A DNA stretch of 64,000 bases from an uncultured delta proteobacterium (GTDB taxonomy: Bacteria; Myxococcota; Myxococcia; Myxococcales; Myxococcaceae). The position numbers and the translations under genes were made by a program. Below the pieces are notes generated by a model, which was not told where the DNA came from, did not search any database, and saw nothing but the letters and a program-made list of their open reading frames with translations. The stretch covers positions 160,001-224,000 of the forward strand of contig CAVZMH010000013.1 in assembly GCA_963776345.1 (NCBI GenBank), in the 5' to 3' direction. Shown in pieces: positions 29,896-42,644 of this stretch (position 1 is its first letter; every line of letters begins with the position of its first letter).

Positions 29896-30930
29896 TCAGC
29901 GGCCCAGGTCCGTGGAGGCCTTCATCACCTCGTCGAGCAGCACCGTCGCGTAGGAGCCCGCCGGGAGCGCGAAGGAGATCTCCACCGTCGAGCCCTCGGC
30001 CGACCAGCGTGCCTCGGTCACCGGGACCGAGAACGGCCGCCGCGTTCCCTCGGCGATGCTGCGGAGCCGCCGGAAGCTCTCGAGCGTGAGCCCCTCCGCC
30101 GCGAGCACGCCCTGCTCGGCCGCGTCCACGTCGCCCTCCGGGCGCTGCATCTTCCAGCCGAAGATGGGTCCCGTCGGGGCAATCTCGCCCCGCTCGAGGC
30201 GCTGCTGGTCCACCTCCGGCTCCCGGCAGGCGAACAGTCCCCCCGAGTCCGTCTTCTTCATCAGATCTCCGGCGAGCGCGCGGCGCAGCGTGCCCGCCTG
30301 GAGCCGCGCCTCCAGCAGGCGGTTGAAGAGCAGCGCCTGGTACGCCGACACGTAGAGCTTCCGCTCGAAGGTGCTCGGCTTGTGCGGGAGTCGCTCGCCC
30401 CGGACGAGCGCCTGGCCCCGGAGCGCGGTGTCCCCTCGCCCGAAGCGCTGCTCGCCGAAGGCGTTGGGCAGCCCCTCGGCGACGAGCCGCTCGAGCACCG
30501 CGCCTGCGGCCTCGGGCTGCTCGGCGTCCCGGATGCAGATGCGGAACCGGTTCCCCCGGAGGTGCCCCACCCGCAGCTTGTTGCCGTGGCGCGCATGGGC
30601 GAGCACGCGCAGCTCCGGACCGGGCGCGAGCGCGGGGAGCGACGACTCCACCCGGGCAGGCACCGACAGCCACTGTCGCGTCACCGCGACCCGGTCCTTG
30701 AGCCCGGCCCACGAGACCTCCGCCGGCTGGAGCCCCAGCGCCGAGGCGAGGCGGCGGGCAGCCTCCGGCGTGTCCAGGCCGAGCTTCTCCACCCAGAGGA
30801 AGAGGTGCTCTCCCTGGCCGGACGGCAGGTACGCCGGGAGCTCCTCGACCTCGAAGTCCTCCGGCGAGGCGCGGAGCCTGCCGCCGGTGCCGGGCAGTCC
30901 GGCGGTCAGCCGGCGCACGCCCGGGGTCAA
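29896..30930 (-). CDS. truD: tRNA pseudouridine(13) synthase
   Basis: PEDFEVEE, AGLKDRVAVTRQW, GNRFRI, PNAFGEQRFG, FALPAGSYAT. Confidence 0.95.
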   Translation of the reverse strand: MTPGVRRLTAGLPGTGGRLRASPEDFEVEELPAYLPSGQGEHLFLWVEKLGLDTPEAARRLASALGLQPAEVSWAGLKDRVAVTRQWLSVPARVESSLPALAPGPELRVLAHARHGNKLRVGHLRGNRFRICIRDAEQPEAAGAVLERLVAEGLPNAFGEQRFGRGDTALRGQALVRGERLPHKPSTFERKLYVSAYQALLFNRLLEARLQAGTLRRALAGDLMKKTDSGGLFACREPEVDQQRLERGEIAPTGPIFGWKMQRPEGDVDAAEQGVLAAEGLTLESFRRLRSIAEGTRRPFSVPVTEARWSAEGSTVEISFALPAGSYATVLLDEVMKASTDLGR

Positions 30931-32213
30931 TCGAGCTTGGCGAGGAGGTCCTTGACCCGGCGCGCGAGGTCCTCGTCCGCGCGCGACTCCAGCAGCTCGC
31001 CAGCCTGGAAGAGCAGGAAGAACATCACGTCGGAGAGCGCCTGCCGGAGCGAGGCCACCGGCTCGCTGCCCATGGTGGGCCGGGCGTGGAGGTAGGCCGC
31101 GAGCACCTTGCGCTCGTCGAAGCGGCCGTCCGGCCCGAGCTCGAGGTCGCGGAGCACCGGCGACTCGGAGAGGCTGCGGCTCCGGAGGGCGGCGTTGGCG
31201 GCGGCGAGGAACTCCCCGGCCCTGCCGTGCGAGGCGACCTCCCGGAGGACCTCGGCGAAGATGGTGTCGAAGGCGTGGACCACGCGGGCGGCCGGGTCGA
31301 TTGGGGTGCCCCGGGCAGGGGTCCGCCCGCGCGTCGGGGGTTCCACCTCGGCGTGCTTCATCTCGTGGACGGAGGCGTAGCCGCCCTCGAGGAGCCGGAA
31401 GAGGACCTTGGTGGCGTCGAACTCGCTGAGCTTCGAGGCCTGGGCGAGCTGGAGCACGGTGCGCTGGCCGTTGGCGAGCCCGAGCAGCCGGTCCTCGTCA
31501 GGCTGGAGCTTCCCGTCGCTGGGCCGCTTCTTGCTCACGTAGACCCGCCCGTGGGGGATGCGCTGCCGGAAGTGCTGCAGCTCGTCGATCTTCCGGATGG
31601 CGTCCATCAGCAGGCTCTGGGTGGAGAGCTGGACGCTGGGTCCGGTCTTCTCGTCCGGCTCCTGGTCGACCAGGGTGAAGGCGCCCTCGCGGGCGAGGAC
31701 GATGGCGTGGAAGATCTCCGCGACCTGCTGGGTGACGCAGGCCCAAAGGTCGTGCGGCTGGAGGAGCCCGCGGTCGACGAGCGCCCGGCCGACGCGGCTC
31801 GGGGGGTTGTCCCGGAGGGCGTCCTCGACGTCGGAGCGCGGGGCGTGGCCGAGCCGGACCAGGACCTCGCTCAGCCGGTCGGCGGGGTCCTCGCTGCTCG
31901 CGCCGCGGACCTCGCCGTCGTCGAGCACCACCGAGCGCTCGCCGCCGGGGGCGTGGAGCCGGAGCGTGCCCGTCCAGCGCGACTGGCTGAGGAAGGCGAT
32001 GAGGTCGGAGAGCGGGAACCCCGAGGCGTCGCCCATCAGCACGACCCGCGGGCTCTTGCCCCGGCCACCCTCGGCCGGCTGGCGGAGCGCGACGAGCAGG
32101 TCCGGCGCGGTGGGCAGGAGGAGGAAGCTGCCGGGCCGCGCCTCGAGCTCGCCCGAGGCCTCGGCCTCGGGGACCACGCGCCCTCCGGGCTCCACGCGGA
32201 TGCGGGCGGTCAT
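30927..32213 (-). CDS. DUF4388-domain protein
   Basis: GDASGFPLSDLIAFLSQSRWTGTL...GEVRGASS...RLSEVLVRLG...GAFTL, plus a winged-helix-like region. Confidence 0.75.
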   Translation of the reverse strand: MTARIRVEPGGRVVPEAEASGELEARPGSFLLLPTAPDLLVALRQPAEGGRGKSPRVVLMGDASGFPLSDLIAFLSQSRWTGTLRLHAPGGERSVVLDDGEVRGASSEDPADRLSEVLVRLGHAPRSDVEDALRDNPPSRVGRALVDRGLLQPHDLWACVTQQVAEIFHAIVLAREGAFTLVDQEPDEKTGPSVQLSTQSLLMDAIRKIDELQHFRQRIPHGRVYVSKKRPSDGKLQPDEDRLLGLANGQRTVLQLAQASKLSEFDATKVLFRLLEGGYASVHEMKHAEVEPPTRGRTPARGTPIDPAARVVHAFDTIFAEVLREVASHGRAGEFLAAANAALRSRSLSESPVLRDLELGPDGRFDERKVLAAYLHARPTMGSEPVASLRQALSDVMFFLLFQAGELLESRADEDLARRVKDLLAKLD

Positions 32214-32229
32214 GGTCGGGCGAAGAGCC

Positions 32230-33102
32230 TCACCGGGTGGCCGTGGTCCAGGTGCCGTGGGTCTTCTGCCAGTCCAGCTCGTCGTCCACGGTGATGGCGA
32301 GGATCTCCGGCGCGGGCGCCAGGTCCAGCTTCCGGCCGTTGACGAGGACGGTGGGGGTGGCGTTGACGCCCGCGGCGACGCCGGCCGCGCGCTGGGCCTC
32401 GGCCTGCTCGCGGTAGGTCTTGTCGGCCAGCGCCTTCCGCCAGTCGGCGGCGGTGATGCCGGCCTTGGTGAGGATCTCCTGGAGGACCTCCGGCGACAGC
32501 CGGCTCTGGTTGTCGAAGATTGCGTCGTGCACCGGCCAGAGCTTGCCCTTGTCGCGGGCGAAGAGCGCGGCCTGGGCGGCGGGCATGGAGTTCGGGTGCT
32601 GGGTGAGGGGGAAGCTCATCCAGCACAGCTTCACCTTGGTGGGGTTGTCGGCGGCGAACTTCTCCAGGGCGGGCCGGAGGATGGCGCAGTGCGGGCACTC
32701 GAAGTCCGAGAACTCGACCAGGGTGACCGGGCCCTTGCCCCGGCACTGCCGCTCGTCGACCTTGAAGGTCTGCCGGGCGTCGCGGAAGCCCTGGTCGTAG
32801 CGGGCGAGCTCGACGCCGATCTCGGCGGCGGTGATGCCACGGGCGGCCTCGAGGGCGGCGAGCTGCGCGAGCCGGCGGCTGTGCCGGCACTCGGGGTGCG
32901 CCTTGAGGCACTGACCGAGGGAATGGGGGGAGCCGCAGCCGCAGAACTCGTCCTCCAGCACCCGGTCGTACTCGGGGCGGGTGGCCGGGGAGAGCGCCGA
33001 GGTGTCGACGGCGGGAGCATCCGGAGCGGCGACGGAGGTCGTGGCCAGGCAGGCCAGGACCGCCGCCGCGGGGAGCCAGCGGGACGGGTGGGAGTTGACC
33101 AC
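32230..33102 (-). CDS. DsbA/thioredoxin-fold protein with a Cys-rich N-terminal domain
   Basis: Signal peptide, EFSDFECPHC, FPL..HP, GVNATPT. Confidence 0.85.
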   Translation of the reverse strand: MVNSHPSRWLPAAAVLACLATTSVAAPDAPAVDTSALSPATRPEYDRVLEDEFCGCGSPHSLGQCLKAHPECRHSRRLAQLAALEAARGITAAEIGVELARYDQGFRDARQTFKVDERQCRGKGPVTLVEFSDFECPHCAILRPALEKFAADNPTKVKLCWMSFPLTQHPNSMPAAQAALFARDKGKLWPVHDAIFDNQSRLSPEVLQEILTKAGITAADWRKALADKTYREQAEAQRAAGVAAGVNATPTVLVNGRKLDLAPAPEILAITVDDELDWQKTHGTWTTATR

Positions 33103-33176
33103 GGCGCCCTTGCTACACGTCCGCCCGGAGCAGTTGCAAGGCGGCCGGCGAGGCTGCTGAAACGCGGGGTCACCCC

Positions 33177-34172
33177 GTGCCTGCCCGCCCCCGAGTCCTG
33201 ATGCTGCACACCGGGGGCACCCTGGGGATGACGGGGGGCCGCCCGTCCGCGCTCCGCCCCGCGCCCTTCGCCCGGACGCTCCGGGAGCGGGTGCCGGAGC
33301 TGGCGGAGCTGGCGGACGTGCGGCTGGAGGTGTTCAGCAACCTGGACTCGAGCGAGATCCAGCCCGAGGCGTGGGTGCGGCTGGCCCGGGTGCTCGCCCG
33401 CCGGCTGCCGGAGTTCGACGGCGCGGTGGTGACGCACGGCACCGACACGCTGGCCTACACCGCGAGCGCCCTCTCCTTCCTGCTCCCGGGCCTCGACCGT
33501 CCGGTGGTGCTCACCGGGAGCCAGCGGCCCCTCTCGGAAATACGCACCGACGCGCGGCTGAACCTCATCGACGCGGTGACCTCGGCGCTGCGCGGACCGC
33601 CCGAGGTGACGGTGTGCTTCGACAGCAAGCTGTACCGCGGGAACCGGACCCTGAAGGCGGCGGTGGCGGACTACGACGCGTTCGACAGCCCGAACTTCCC
33701 GCTGCTCGGGACGCTGGGGGTGACGGCGCGCTTCGCGAAGGGGCTCCCGGCGCGGCCGCTGAAGCTGGTGGACCGGCTGGACCCGCGGGTGTTCCTCCTC
33801 AAGGTCTACCCGGGGCTCGACCCGGCGCTGCCGCTCCTCCTGCTCGGCCAGATGCGGGGGCTGGTGGTGGAGGCGTACGGGGCGGGAAACGTCCCGGTGG
33901 ACGAGTCGGGGGGGCGCTCGCTCCGTCCGGTGTTCCGGGAGGCACGCCGGCGCGGCGTGGCGGTGGTGATGGTGAGCCAGGCGCCCCGCAACGCGGTGGA
34001 CCTGTCGCTCTACGAGGGCGGGGCCGCGGCGCTCTCCGAGGGCGCCATCGGCGGGGGCGACATGACGTCGGTGGCGGCGGTGACGAAGCTGATGCACGTG
34101 CTCGGGGTGCACCGCTCGATGCAGGCGATCCGCCGCGCGATGGAGCGGGTGGTCGCCGGCGAGCGGAGCTGA
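33177..34172 (+). CDS. ansA: L-asparaginase type I
   Basis: HTGGTLGM, HGTDT, TGSQRP, RGNR, FDSPN. Confidence 0.9.
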   Translation: MPARPRVLMLHTGGTLGMTGGRPSALRPAPFARTLRERVPELAELADVRLEVFSNLDSSEIQPEAWVRLARVLARRLPEFDGAVVTHGTDTLAYTASALSFLLPGLDRPVVLTGSQRPLSEIRTDARLNLIDAVTSALRGPPEVTVCFDSKLYRGNRTLKAAVADYDAFDSPNFPLLGTLGVTARFAKGLPARPLKLVDRLDPRVFLLKVYPGLDPALPLLLLGQMRGLVVEAYGAGNVPVDESGGRSLRPVFREARRRGVAVVMVSQAPRNAVDLSLYEGGAAALSEGAIGGGDMTSVAAVTKLMHVLGVHRSMQAIRRAMERVVAGERS

Positions 34173-34414
34173 GCCGCGACCACCTCCCGCCCGGCCGGGG
34201 CGCCCGCGGGTCCGGCCGCCGACCGGAGGAAGGAATCCTCCGTCCCGCGGTGACCCGTCTCCTGGACCTCCGCCTCCGGACCCGGGTCGTCCCGGTGCTC
34301 ACGCGCCGGGCCGCGGGCGCTGCAGTCTCCGCGCGCGGCCCCTTGCGTTCGGCGGCGTCATCGGCCATGGAGGGGCCCGCTGTTCAATCCTGACGGAGGG
34401 AGGTGACCCCGAGC

Positions 34415-34609
34415 ATGCCTGGAATCCGAGTGAAGGAAGGCGAGTCGATCGAGAGCGCGCTGAAGCGCTTCAAGAAGGCAACCGAGAAGGCCGGCATCCT
34501 TTCCGAGATCCGCAAGCGGGAGCACTACGAGAAGCCCTCCGTGAAGCGGAAGAAGAAGGCGCTGGCGGCGAAGAAGCGCGCGGTGAAGAAGCAGCGCAAG
34601 TCGTTCTAG
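34415..34609 (+). CDS. rpsU: 30S ribosomal protein S21
   Basis: [12 protein letters not shown]...[14 protein letters not shown]. Confidence 0.97.
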   Translation: MPGIRVKEGESIESALKRFKKATEKAGILSEIRKREHYEKPSVKRKKKALAAKKRAVKKQRKSF

Positions 34610-34666
34610 CGCCGGTCTGAACGGTGCCCTCCGGCGAGCGCTGGCGGGCATCGAAAGGATGTTCCC

Positions 34667-35122
34667 ATGGCGAGCCTGAAGGAACGCATCGACTCGGAGC
34701 TGAAAGAGGCGATGCGCAGCAAGGACGAGCTCGGCACCAGCGTGCTGCGGATGCTGAAGAGCGCGGTGAAGTACAAGGAGGTCGAGCCCGGCGGCCACCC
34801 GCTGGAGGACGTCGGGGTGCTGGCGGTCATCCAGACGCTGATCAAGCAGCGCCGCGACTCGGTGGAGCAGTTCCGGGCCGGCGGCCGTCCCGAGCTCGCG
34901 GACAAGGAGGAGCGGGAGATCGCCCGGCTCCAGTCGTACCTGCCGGCGCAGCTGTCCCCCGACGAGCTCCGGGCGGAGGTGCGGGCCGCCGTCGCCCAGG
35001 TGGGCGCGAAGGGCCCCAAGGACATGGGCGCGGTGATGAAGGCGCTGATGCCCAACGTGCAGGGCCGCGCCGAGGGCAAGGCCGTGTCCGACGCGGTGAA
35101 GGCCGAGCTCACGCCGAAGTGA
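34667..35122 (+). CDS. yqeY: GatB/YqeY-domain protein
   Basis: LKEAMRSKD, IKQRRDSVEQF, YLPAQLS, DMGAVMK. Confidence 0.93.
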   Translation: MASLKERIDSELKEAMRSKDELGTSVLRMLKSAVKYKEVEPGGHPLEDVGVLAVIQTLIKQRRDSVEQFRAGGRPELADKEEREIARLQSYLPAQLSPDELRAEVRAAVAQVGAKGPKDMGAVMKALMPNVQGRAEGKAVSDAVKAELTPK

Positions 35123-35215
35123 CCCGGGGAGGGGTCGCGGTCCGGAGAGCGCCTGGCGCTCCCCCGGCCGGACCCCCTCGAGTCACCACGGAGGACTAGA
35201 GTCGCGAACCCGCCC

Positions 35216-37030
35216 GTGTCCATCCCCGAGCACACCATCGACGAGATTCTCGAGCGCGTGGACCTGGTCGCGCTGGTGGGCCGGCACGTCGAGCTGAAGA
35301 AGTCCGGGAAGAGCTTCAAGGGGCGCTGTCCGTTTCACCAGGAGAAGAGCGCCTCGTTCTACGTGACGCCCGAGCTGAAGCGCTTCAAGTGCTTCGGGTG
35401 CCAGGCGGGGGGCGACGCCATCGCCTTCGTGCAGCGCTACCTCGGCAAGACGTTCGTGGACGCGGTGCGGGACCTGGCGCGCGAGGCGGGAGTGGACCTC
35501 GCCGCGGCGGAGGACCCCTCGGCCCGCGAGCGGCAGCACCTGCGCGAGGTGACCGACCTGGCCCTCGAGCACTTCAAGAGCCAGCTCTGGCACCCGACCG
35601 AGGGCCGGGTGGCGCGCGAGGCGCTCGCGGCGCGCGGCGTCTCCGAGGACACGGCGCGGAGCTTCGGGCTCGGCTGGGCGCCGGAGGCCTGGACGCGGCT
35701 GGCGGATCTGCTGCTCGCCCGGGGCCTGCTCGAGTTCGGCATCCAGGCCGGGCTGGTCCAGCGGCGCACGCGCGGCGACGGGGCGTACGACGTCTTCCGC
35801 GGCCGGCTGATGATCCCCATCCGCGCCCCGGACGGGCGGGCGGTGGCGTTCGGCGGGCGGCTGCTCCAGGGAGACCAGGGGCCCAAGTACCTCAACTCGA
35901 AGGAGTCCCGCCTCTACGCCAAGAGCGAGACGCTGTACGGGCTGGACCGGGCGCGGGACGAGGTCCGCCGGCGGAAGACCGCGGTGCTGGTCGAGGGCTA
36001 CTTCGACGTCATCGGGCTGCACCAGGCGGGCGTGCAGCACGCGGTGGCGCTGTGCTCCACCGCGCTCACCCCGGGACACCTCGGGCAGCTGCAGCGGGTG
36101 GAGGCGCGCGAGCTGGTGCTGCTGCTCGACGGGGACGAGGCGGGGCGCAAGGCGGTGGAGCGGCTCGCCCCGGCCCTGCTGGCCGCAGGCGCCTCGACGC
36201 GGGTGGCGCTCCTCCCGGAGGGCGAGGACCCGGACACCTTCGCCCGGAGCCGGGGTGGAGATGCGGTCCGGGCGCTGCTGGATGCGGCGGTGCCGCTCTC
36301 CGAGCACCTGTTCCGGACGCTGCTCCCCGAGGGCCGGGTGGCCACCTTCGAGCGGAAGATGGAGGCCCTGGGGCGACTTCGACCCGTGGTGGCGGAGCTT
36401 CCGGTGGGTCTCTTGCGCTCGGCGTTCTTCTCCGGGCTGGCTGCTTATTCGGGGCTGCCGGCTGCCGAGCTGGAGGCCGGGCTCCGGGGCAAGGGCCCCC
36501 TCCTCCGCCCGGTCCCCAAGGCGGTCCCGGCGGCGCCGGTCCGGGTCGAGCGGCCCGTGGACCGGGCGGAGGCGGCGCTCGGGGCGCTGCTCCTCACCCG
36601 GCCGGAGCTGATCCGGGGCGCGGCGGCCTCCGAGGTCCTCGACGAGGTCACCCACCCGGGTCTCCGGGCGGTGCTGGCGCAGCTGCTGGCCGGGGCCTCG
36701 CCGGCGGACGCGCTCGAGGGTGCGAGCCCCCGTCTCCGGGCCGGCGTGGAGGCGGCGCAGGGGCTCCTTCCGCGCGATGCCGAACAGTTGCCGGAGGCAT
36801 TCGAGACCCTCTCCAGACGGTTGAAGCTGGCCCGGGTCAAGGAACGGCTGGACCACATCGCGCGGACCACCGCCCTTCTCGTGGGAGCGCACGAGCTGGA
36901 CGAAGAGACGAAAAGGTTGCAGGAGGAACGGGGAGAATTACTCAGGCTGAAGCGCCAGCTGGAGGCCACCACTGCGCGAGGCCCGGATCCCGTCAAGTCC
37001 CCGCCTTCACCCCCATCTGGCAGTTTGTGA
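35216..37030 (+). CDS. dnaG: DNA primase
   Basis: CPFH..CFGC zinc finger, FGGR, PKYLNS, VEGYFD, DGDEAG TOPRIM, DPD. Confidence 0.96.
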   Translation: MSIPEHTIDEILERVDLVALVGRHVELKKSGKSFKGRCPFHQEKSASFYVTPELKRFKCFGCQAGGDAIAFVQRYLGKTFVDAVRDLAREAGVDLAAAEDPSARERQHLREVTDLALEHFKSQLWHPTEGRVAREALAARGVSEDTARSFGLGWAPEAWTRLADLLLARGLLEFGIQAGLVQRRTRGDGAYDVFRGRLMIPIRAPDGRAVAFGGRLLQGDQGPKYLNSKESRLYAKSETLYGLDRARDEVRRRKTAVLVEGYFDVIGLHQAGVQHAVALCSTALTPGHLGQLQRVEARELVLLLDGDEAGRKAVERLAPALLAAGASTRVALLPEGEDPDTFARSRGGDAVRALLDAAVPLSEHLFRTLLPEGRVATFERKMEALGRLRPVVAELPVGLLRSAFFSGLAAYSGLPAAELEAGLRGKGPLLRPVPKAVPAAPVRVERPVDRAEAALGALLLTRPELIRGAAASEVLDEVTHPGLRAVLAQLLAGASPADALEGASPRLRAGVEAAQGLLPRDAEQLPEAFETLSRRLKLARVKERLDHIARTTALLVGAHELDEETKRLQEERGELLRLKRQLEATTARGPDPVKSPPSPPSGSL

Positions 37031-37091
37031 CCGTGCGCGCTCCGGTGATAAAGCCGCGCGTTCGCACATCAATTTCTGGAGCCGTCCCCCG

Positions 37092-39176
<2,085 letters not shown>

Positions 39177-39219
39177 GCCCCGGGTAGGATTCGGTCCCCC
39201 GGGCGGCCCTTCGCATCTC

Positions 39220-39594
39220 GTGGAGGTCGCCCTGCCCTTCCCCCGAGGCGCGCTCGACGAGACGGTGGCCCGGGTGGTGCGAGCCATCCCGCGTGGCCGC
39301 GTGCTGAGCTACTCGCGGGTGGCGGTGCTGGCGGGCCTGCCGGGGCGGGCGCGGCTCATCGGCAAGGTGATGGGGCGGATCGGCGCCCGCGTGCCCTGGT
39401 GGCGCGTGCTGCGCGCCGACCGGACGCTGGCCGAGGAGGTCCGGGTGGAGCAGGCCCGGCGGCTGCGGGCGGAGGGCGTGCGGGTCGAGGACGGTGGACG
39501 GGTGCCCCGCTCGGCCTTCCTACCCATCGGCGACGAGGCGCTGCACCGGCGGATCCGTCGCGGCGCGACCTCGGGTCTGCTGCGCGACCGCTGA
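39220..39594 (+). CDS. Alkyltransferase-like (ATL/YbaZ) protein
   Basis: [19 protein letters not shown] (Trp in place of the catalytic Cys), [10 protein letters not shown]. Confidence 0.85.
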   Translation: MEVALPFPRGALDETVARVVRAIPRGRVLSYSRVAVLAGLPGRARLIGKVMGRIGARVPWWRVLRADRTLAEEVRVEQARRLRAEGVRVEDGGRVPRSAFLPIGDEALHRRIRRGATSGLLRDR

Positions 39595-39672
39595 GCGACG
39601 GTATGTCGAGAGCGAGCACGCGTACCATCACGGTCGCGCGCGAGCGTCTCTCCGGCGCTCGGGAACGACGAC

Positions 39673-39710
39673 GGGCGGCGAGCGCCCCGACGAAGGGAGC
39701 GCCGCCGCCC
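39673..39710. terminator. Strong hairpin between convergent genes
   Basis: GGGCGGCG-AGCGC-CCC...GGG-A-GCGC-CGCCGCCC. Confidence 0.45.
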
Positions 39711-39733
39711 GGTTGAATCAGTGGAGCGCGCTG

Positions 39734-39964
39734 CTACTTCGCGGCGGGAGCCGGCGCCGCCTGCTCCGCGCTGCGCTTGGCCGCCTTGTGCCGAGGGGCG
39801 GACTTCTTCGCCTTCTTCTCGGTGCTCTTCTTCTCGGTCTTCGCCGGGGCGGTGGCCGGGGCTGCCGACTCGGTCTTGCTCTCCGGCTTGGCCGCCGGGG
39901 CCTGAGCGAACGCGGCGAACGGCAGGGCAACGGCCAGGACGGCGGACAGGAGGGTGCGCTTCAT
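39734..39964 (-). CDS. Small secreted Ala/Lys-rich protein (Asr-like composition)
   Basis: AAAGGAA RBS, signal peptide ending AFA, low-complexity basic mature part. Confidence 0.7.
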   Translation of the reverse strand: MKRTLLSAVLAVALPFAAFAQAPAAKPESKTESAAPATAPAKTEKKSTEKKAKKSAPRHKAAKRSAEQAAPAPAAK

Positions 39965-40068
39965 GGGGTGCATCGTTCCTTTCGGGAAGGAGGGCGACTC
40001 GTTCGCCCTCGTTGCACCCTTGGAACGTCGGACCGCCGCGCCGATTCAAACGCGGAGGGCGCGCGCCT

Positions 40069-41469
40069 CTAGAACTGCAGCCGCAGCATCGCCCGGCCGC
40101 CGAGGTAGCGATCGGTCGCGCTCCCGGCCGCCGCCGGCTGGCCCTCGTCGAAGGTGAAGGACGTCGAGCTGTAGACGCCGAAGATGCGGAGCGACAGCGG
40201 GCCCACCAGCTGGATGTGGAAGCCCAGCTCGGCCTCGAACCCGCTCGAGCTGCCGGTGAAGCTGCTGGAGTTCGCCCCCGACGCGTCCTGAACCGCGAGC
40301 GCGGTGGTCTTCCAGAGCAGGTAGTCGCCGCCGACGATGATCCAGAAGCCGCTGGAGATGGGGATGTCGAGGCGAAGACCGAGCTTGTGCCCCCAGATGC
40401 TGTACTGCGGAAGGCCCGCGAAGCCGGCGGTTGTCGGGTCTCCATCAGTGAGGAACTTGTACTTGCTGTACGCGTAGAACGGGACGATGGCGAAGTCCGA
40501 GTCCTTCCAGAAGCGCAGCCGCCACTCGAGGCCTGCCTGCCAGCGGTTGTAGGTGGTGCCCTTCTCGAGGGAGCCGTCCGGGAACTGGCTCTTCAGCCCC
40601 ATCGACAGCGCGAAGTCTCCGAAGAGGCCAATGCCGGCGAAGAGGCCGTCGGAGAAGAACGCGAGCGGGAAGAACTCGATACGCGCGTGCGGGGCGATGA
40701 ACAGGCTGGCGCTGTAGGGCCGCAGCGTCGAGCTGCCGCCCACGTTGCCGTACGAGAGGTTCCGGTTGAGGAAGTCCGCGCCCAGCTCCACGGCGAAGCG
40801 CCACTGGTGCCGGGGCGTCTCCAGTCGCTGGTTGGCGCCGGCGTCCACCGCCACCGGGGTGTCGGCGAGCGTCTTCTCGCCGGGCGGCGGAGGGGTCGGC
40901 GTCACCGGGAGCGGGAGCGGCTCGGCCGCGGCGGCCCCTGCCGCCATGGCGCCCGCGCCCGGCCCGGTGGTGGGTGGGGTGGTGGCCATGGTGTCCGGAC
41001 TGCCCGCGGCGATCGCGCCCACCGCGCCTACACCGGCCTCGAGGAGCGCTCCGCCCGACGCGAGGTTGCCCACGTCGGTGCTGAGCGTCTGGAGGCTGGA
41101 GCTGGTGATCTTCCCGGCCTGGGTGAGCGGGAACGACCAGCTCTGCGCCGACTTGCCCGCCTTGGCGAGCCAGGAGAGCTGCACCTCCTTGCCCTTCCCC
41201 GACTTGGCCTTGGCCACGCCACCCACCAGCAGACCCTGGACGTTGGCGCTCTTGATCTTGTTCCAGTCGGGCTTCTTCTTGGTGAAGACCCGGCTCGAGG
41301 GCACGCAGGTGTACGTCCGGCAGAGCACGCCGGAGATCTGGCTCTGCACCTGCGAGCGCTTGTCGCCGGTGATGGGAGCGACGGTGATCTTCGGCTTCGG
41401 GGCCGCCGCCTCGGCGGTGAGCGCGCAGATCAGGACGCCCAGCGCGGCGAGTCTCGGGTGAGGTGACAT
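40069..41469 (-). CDS. Putative outer-membrane beta-barrel protein with an N-terminal periplasmic domain
   Basis: GGAGGA RBS, signal peptide, Pro/Thr/Ala linker, amphipathic strands, C-terminal LRLQF. Confidence 0.7.
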   Translation of the reverse strand: MSPHPRLAALGVLICALTAEAAAPKPKITVAPITGDKRSQVQSQISGVLCRTYTCVPSSRVFTKKKPDWNKIKSANVQGLLVGGVAKAKSGKGKEVQLSWLAKAGKSAQSWSFPLTQAGKITSSSLQTLSTDVGNLASGGALLEAGVGAVGAIAAGSPDTMATTPPTTGPGAGAMAAGAAAAEPLPLPVTPTPPPPGEKTLADTPVAVDAGANQRLETPRHQWRFAVELGADFLNRNLSYGNVGGSSTLRPYSASLFIAPHARIEFFPLAFFSDGLFAGIGLFGDFALSMGLKSQFPDGSLEKGTTYNRWQAGLEWRLRFWKDSDFAIVPFYAYSKYKFLTDGDPTTAGFAGLPQYSIWGHKLGLRLDIPISSGFWIIVGGDYLLWKTTALAVQDASGANSSSFTGSSSGFEAELGFHIQLVGPLSLRIFGVYSSTSFTFDEGQPAAAGSATDRYLGGRAMLRLQF

Positions 41470-41621
41470 CCGTTGTCCTCCGGGGGCCTGGGGCGCAGGA
41501 CGGCGCACGGCCGCTCTTGAGCCCAGCAGACCGATGCTCCCCTCTCCGTCGTCACGCGGCAAGGTTTCGTCCGCTGTGGACCCGATGGCGCCGGTGTACC
41601 AGGATGTGGTCACACCTCGAC

Positions 41622-41694
41622 GGGCCCTTAGCTCAGCGGTCAGAGCTGTCGGCTCATAACCGATTGGTCCCAGGTTCGAATCCTGGAGGGCCCA
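41622..41694 (+). tRNA. tRNA-Ile2 (CAT anticodon, lysidine type); CCA not encoded
   Basis: GGGCCCT/AGGGCCC acceptor, CTCATAA loop, GGTTCGAATCC; resembles ileX rather than initiator or elongator Met. Confidence 0.88.
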
Positions 41695-41759
41695 CTCGTC
41701 TTGGCCTCCCGCCCGGGGGGACGCCTGCGGAGCGGCGCACGGGCGCCGCCCGTCGAGGC

Positions 41760-42644
41760 TCAGTGTGCGCGGGCGAAGAGGAGCAGCGCGGAGAAGAGGC
41801 CGACCAGGTACACCAGGCTGAAGAAGAAGGTCTTCCGCGCCCAGGCCTTCTGCTCCCTGCGCAGCACCCCGCGCGCGACCAGCACCAGGAACACGCCGCC
41901 GAGCACCACCGCCACGCCGAGGTAGAGCGGCCCGGCCACGCCGAAGGGCACCAGGAGGACGCTGAACGCGACCAGGACCACCGTCCAGACCAGCATCCAG
42001 ATCCGCGTCGCGTCGTCGCCGCGCACCAGCGGGAACGCCATGTAGCCGGCCTCGCGGTACTCCTCCTTGCGGAACAGCGCGATGGCGAGGAAGTGCGGCA
42101 TCTGCCACGCGAACAGGACGCCGAAGAGCAGCAGGCCCCCGGTCCCGATGCGGCCAGTGACCGCGGTCCATCCCATCAGCGGCGGAAGCGAGCCGGGAAT
42201 GGCGCCCACCAGCATCGCCCCGGGGCTCCGGGGCTTCAGGGGGGTGTATGCGGCGACGTAGCTCACCAGCGCCAGGAAGCCGAGCGACCCGGTGAGGCCG
42301 TTGCTCCCCAGGGTGAGGAGCGGAAGCGAGAGCACCGCCAGCGCCAGACCGAAGCCCAGGGCCACCCCCGGCTCCATCCGGCCCGACGGCAGGGGCCGGC
42401 CACGGGTCCGGGCCATGTGACGGTCGCGGTCGCGCTCGATCCAGCAGTTGAGGGCGTTGGCCGCGGCCACCGTGCCGGCGGTCCCGAGGAGCGTGGCCAC
42501 CCACCGGGCGGGCGACAGCTCACCGGGGGCGAGCCACATCCCACCGGCGAGCGTGCACAGCACCAGGCTGGAGAGGCGCGGCTTGGTCAGCGAGACCAGG
42601 TCGGCGAGGGGGGACACCGGCCTGGGCAGGGCACGAACGGTCAT
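41760..42644 (-). CDS. cyoE: Protoheme IX farnesyltransferase (heme o synthase)
   Basis: LTKPR, NCWIERDRDRHMARTRGRPLPSG, YTPLK, WQMPHF. Confidence 0.95.
   Translation of the reverse strand: MTVRALPRPVSPLADLVSLTKPRLSSLVLCTLAGGMWLAPGELSPARWVATLLGTAGTVAAANALNCWIERDRDRHMARTRGRPLPSGRMEPGVALGFGLALAVLSLPLLTLGSNGLTGSLGFLALVSYVAAYTPLKPRSPGAMLVGAIPGSLPPLMGWTAVTGRIGTGGLLLFGVLFAWQMPHFLAIALFRKEEYREAGYMAFPLVRGDDATRIWMLVWTVVLVAFSVLLVPFGVAGPLYLGVAVVLGGVFLVLVARGVLRREQKAWARKTFFFSLVYLVGLFSALLLFARAH

Noticed and set aside
34173..34414. Possible ncRNA upstream of rpsU
   Set aside because: Only generic GC-rich hairpins; no recognisable family and no covariation evidence available.
41622..41694. tRNA-Met call from the CAT anticodon
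   Set aside because: It lacks the initiator C1:A72 mismatch and GGG/CCC anticodon stem, and resembles tRNA-Ile2.
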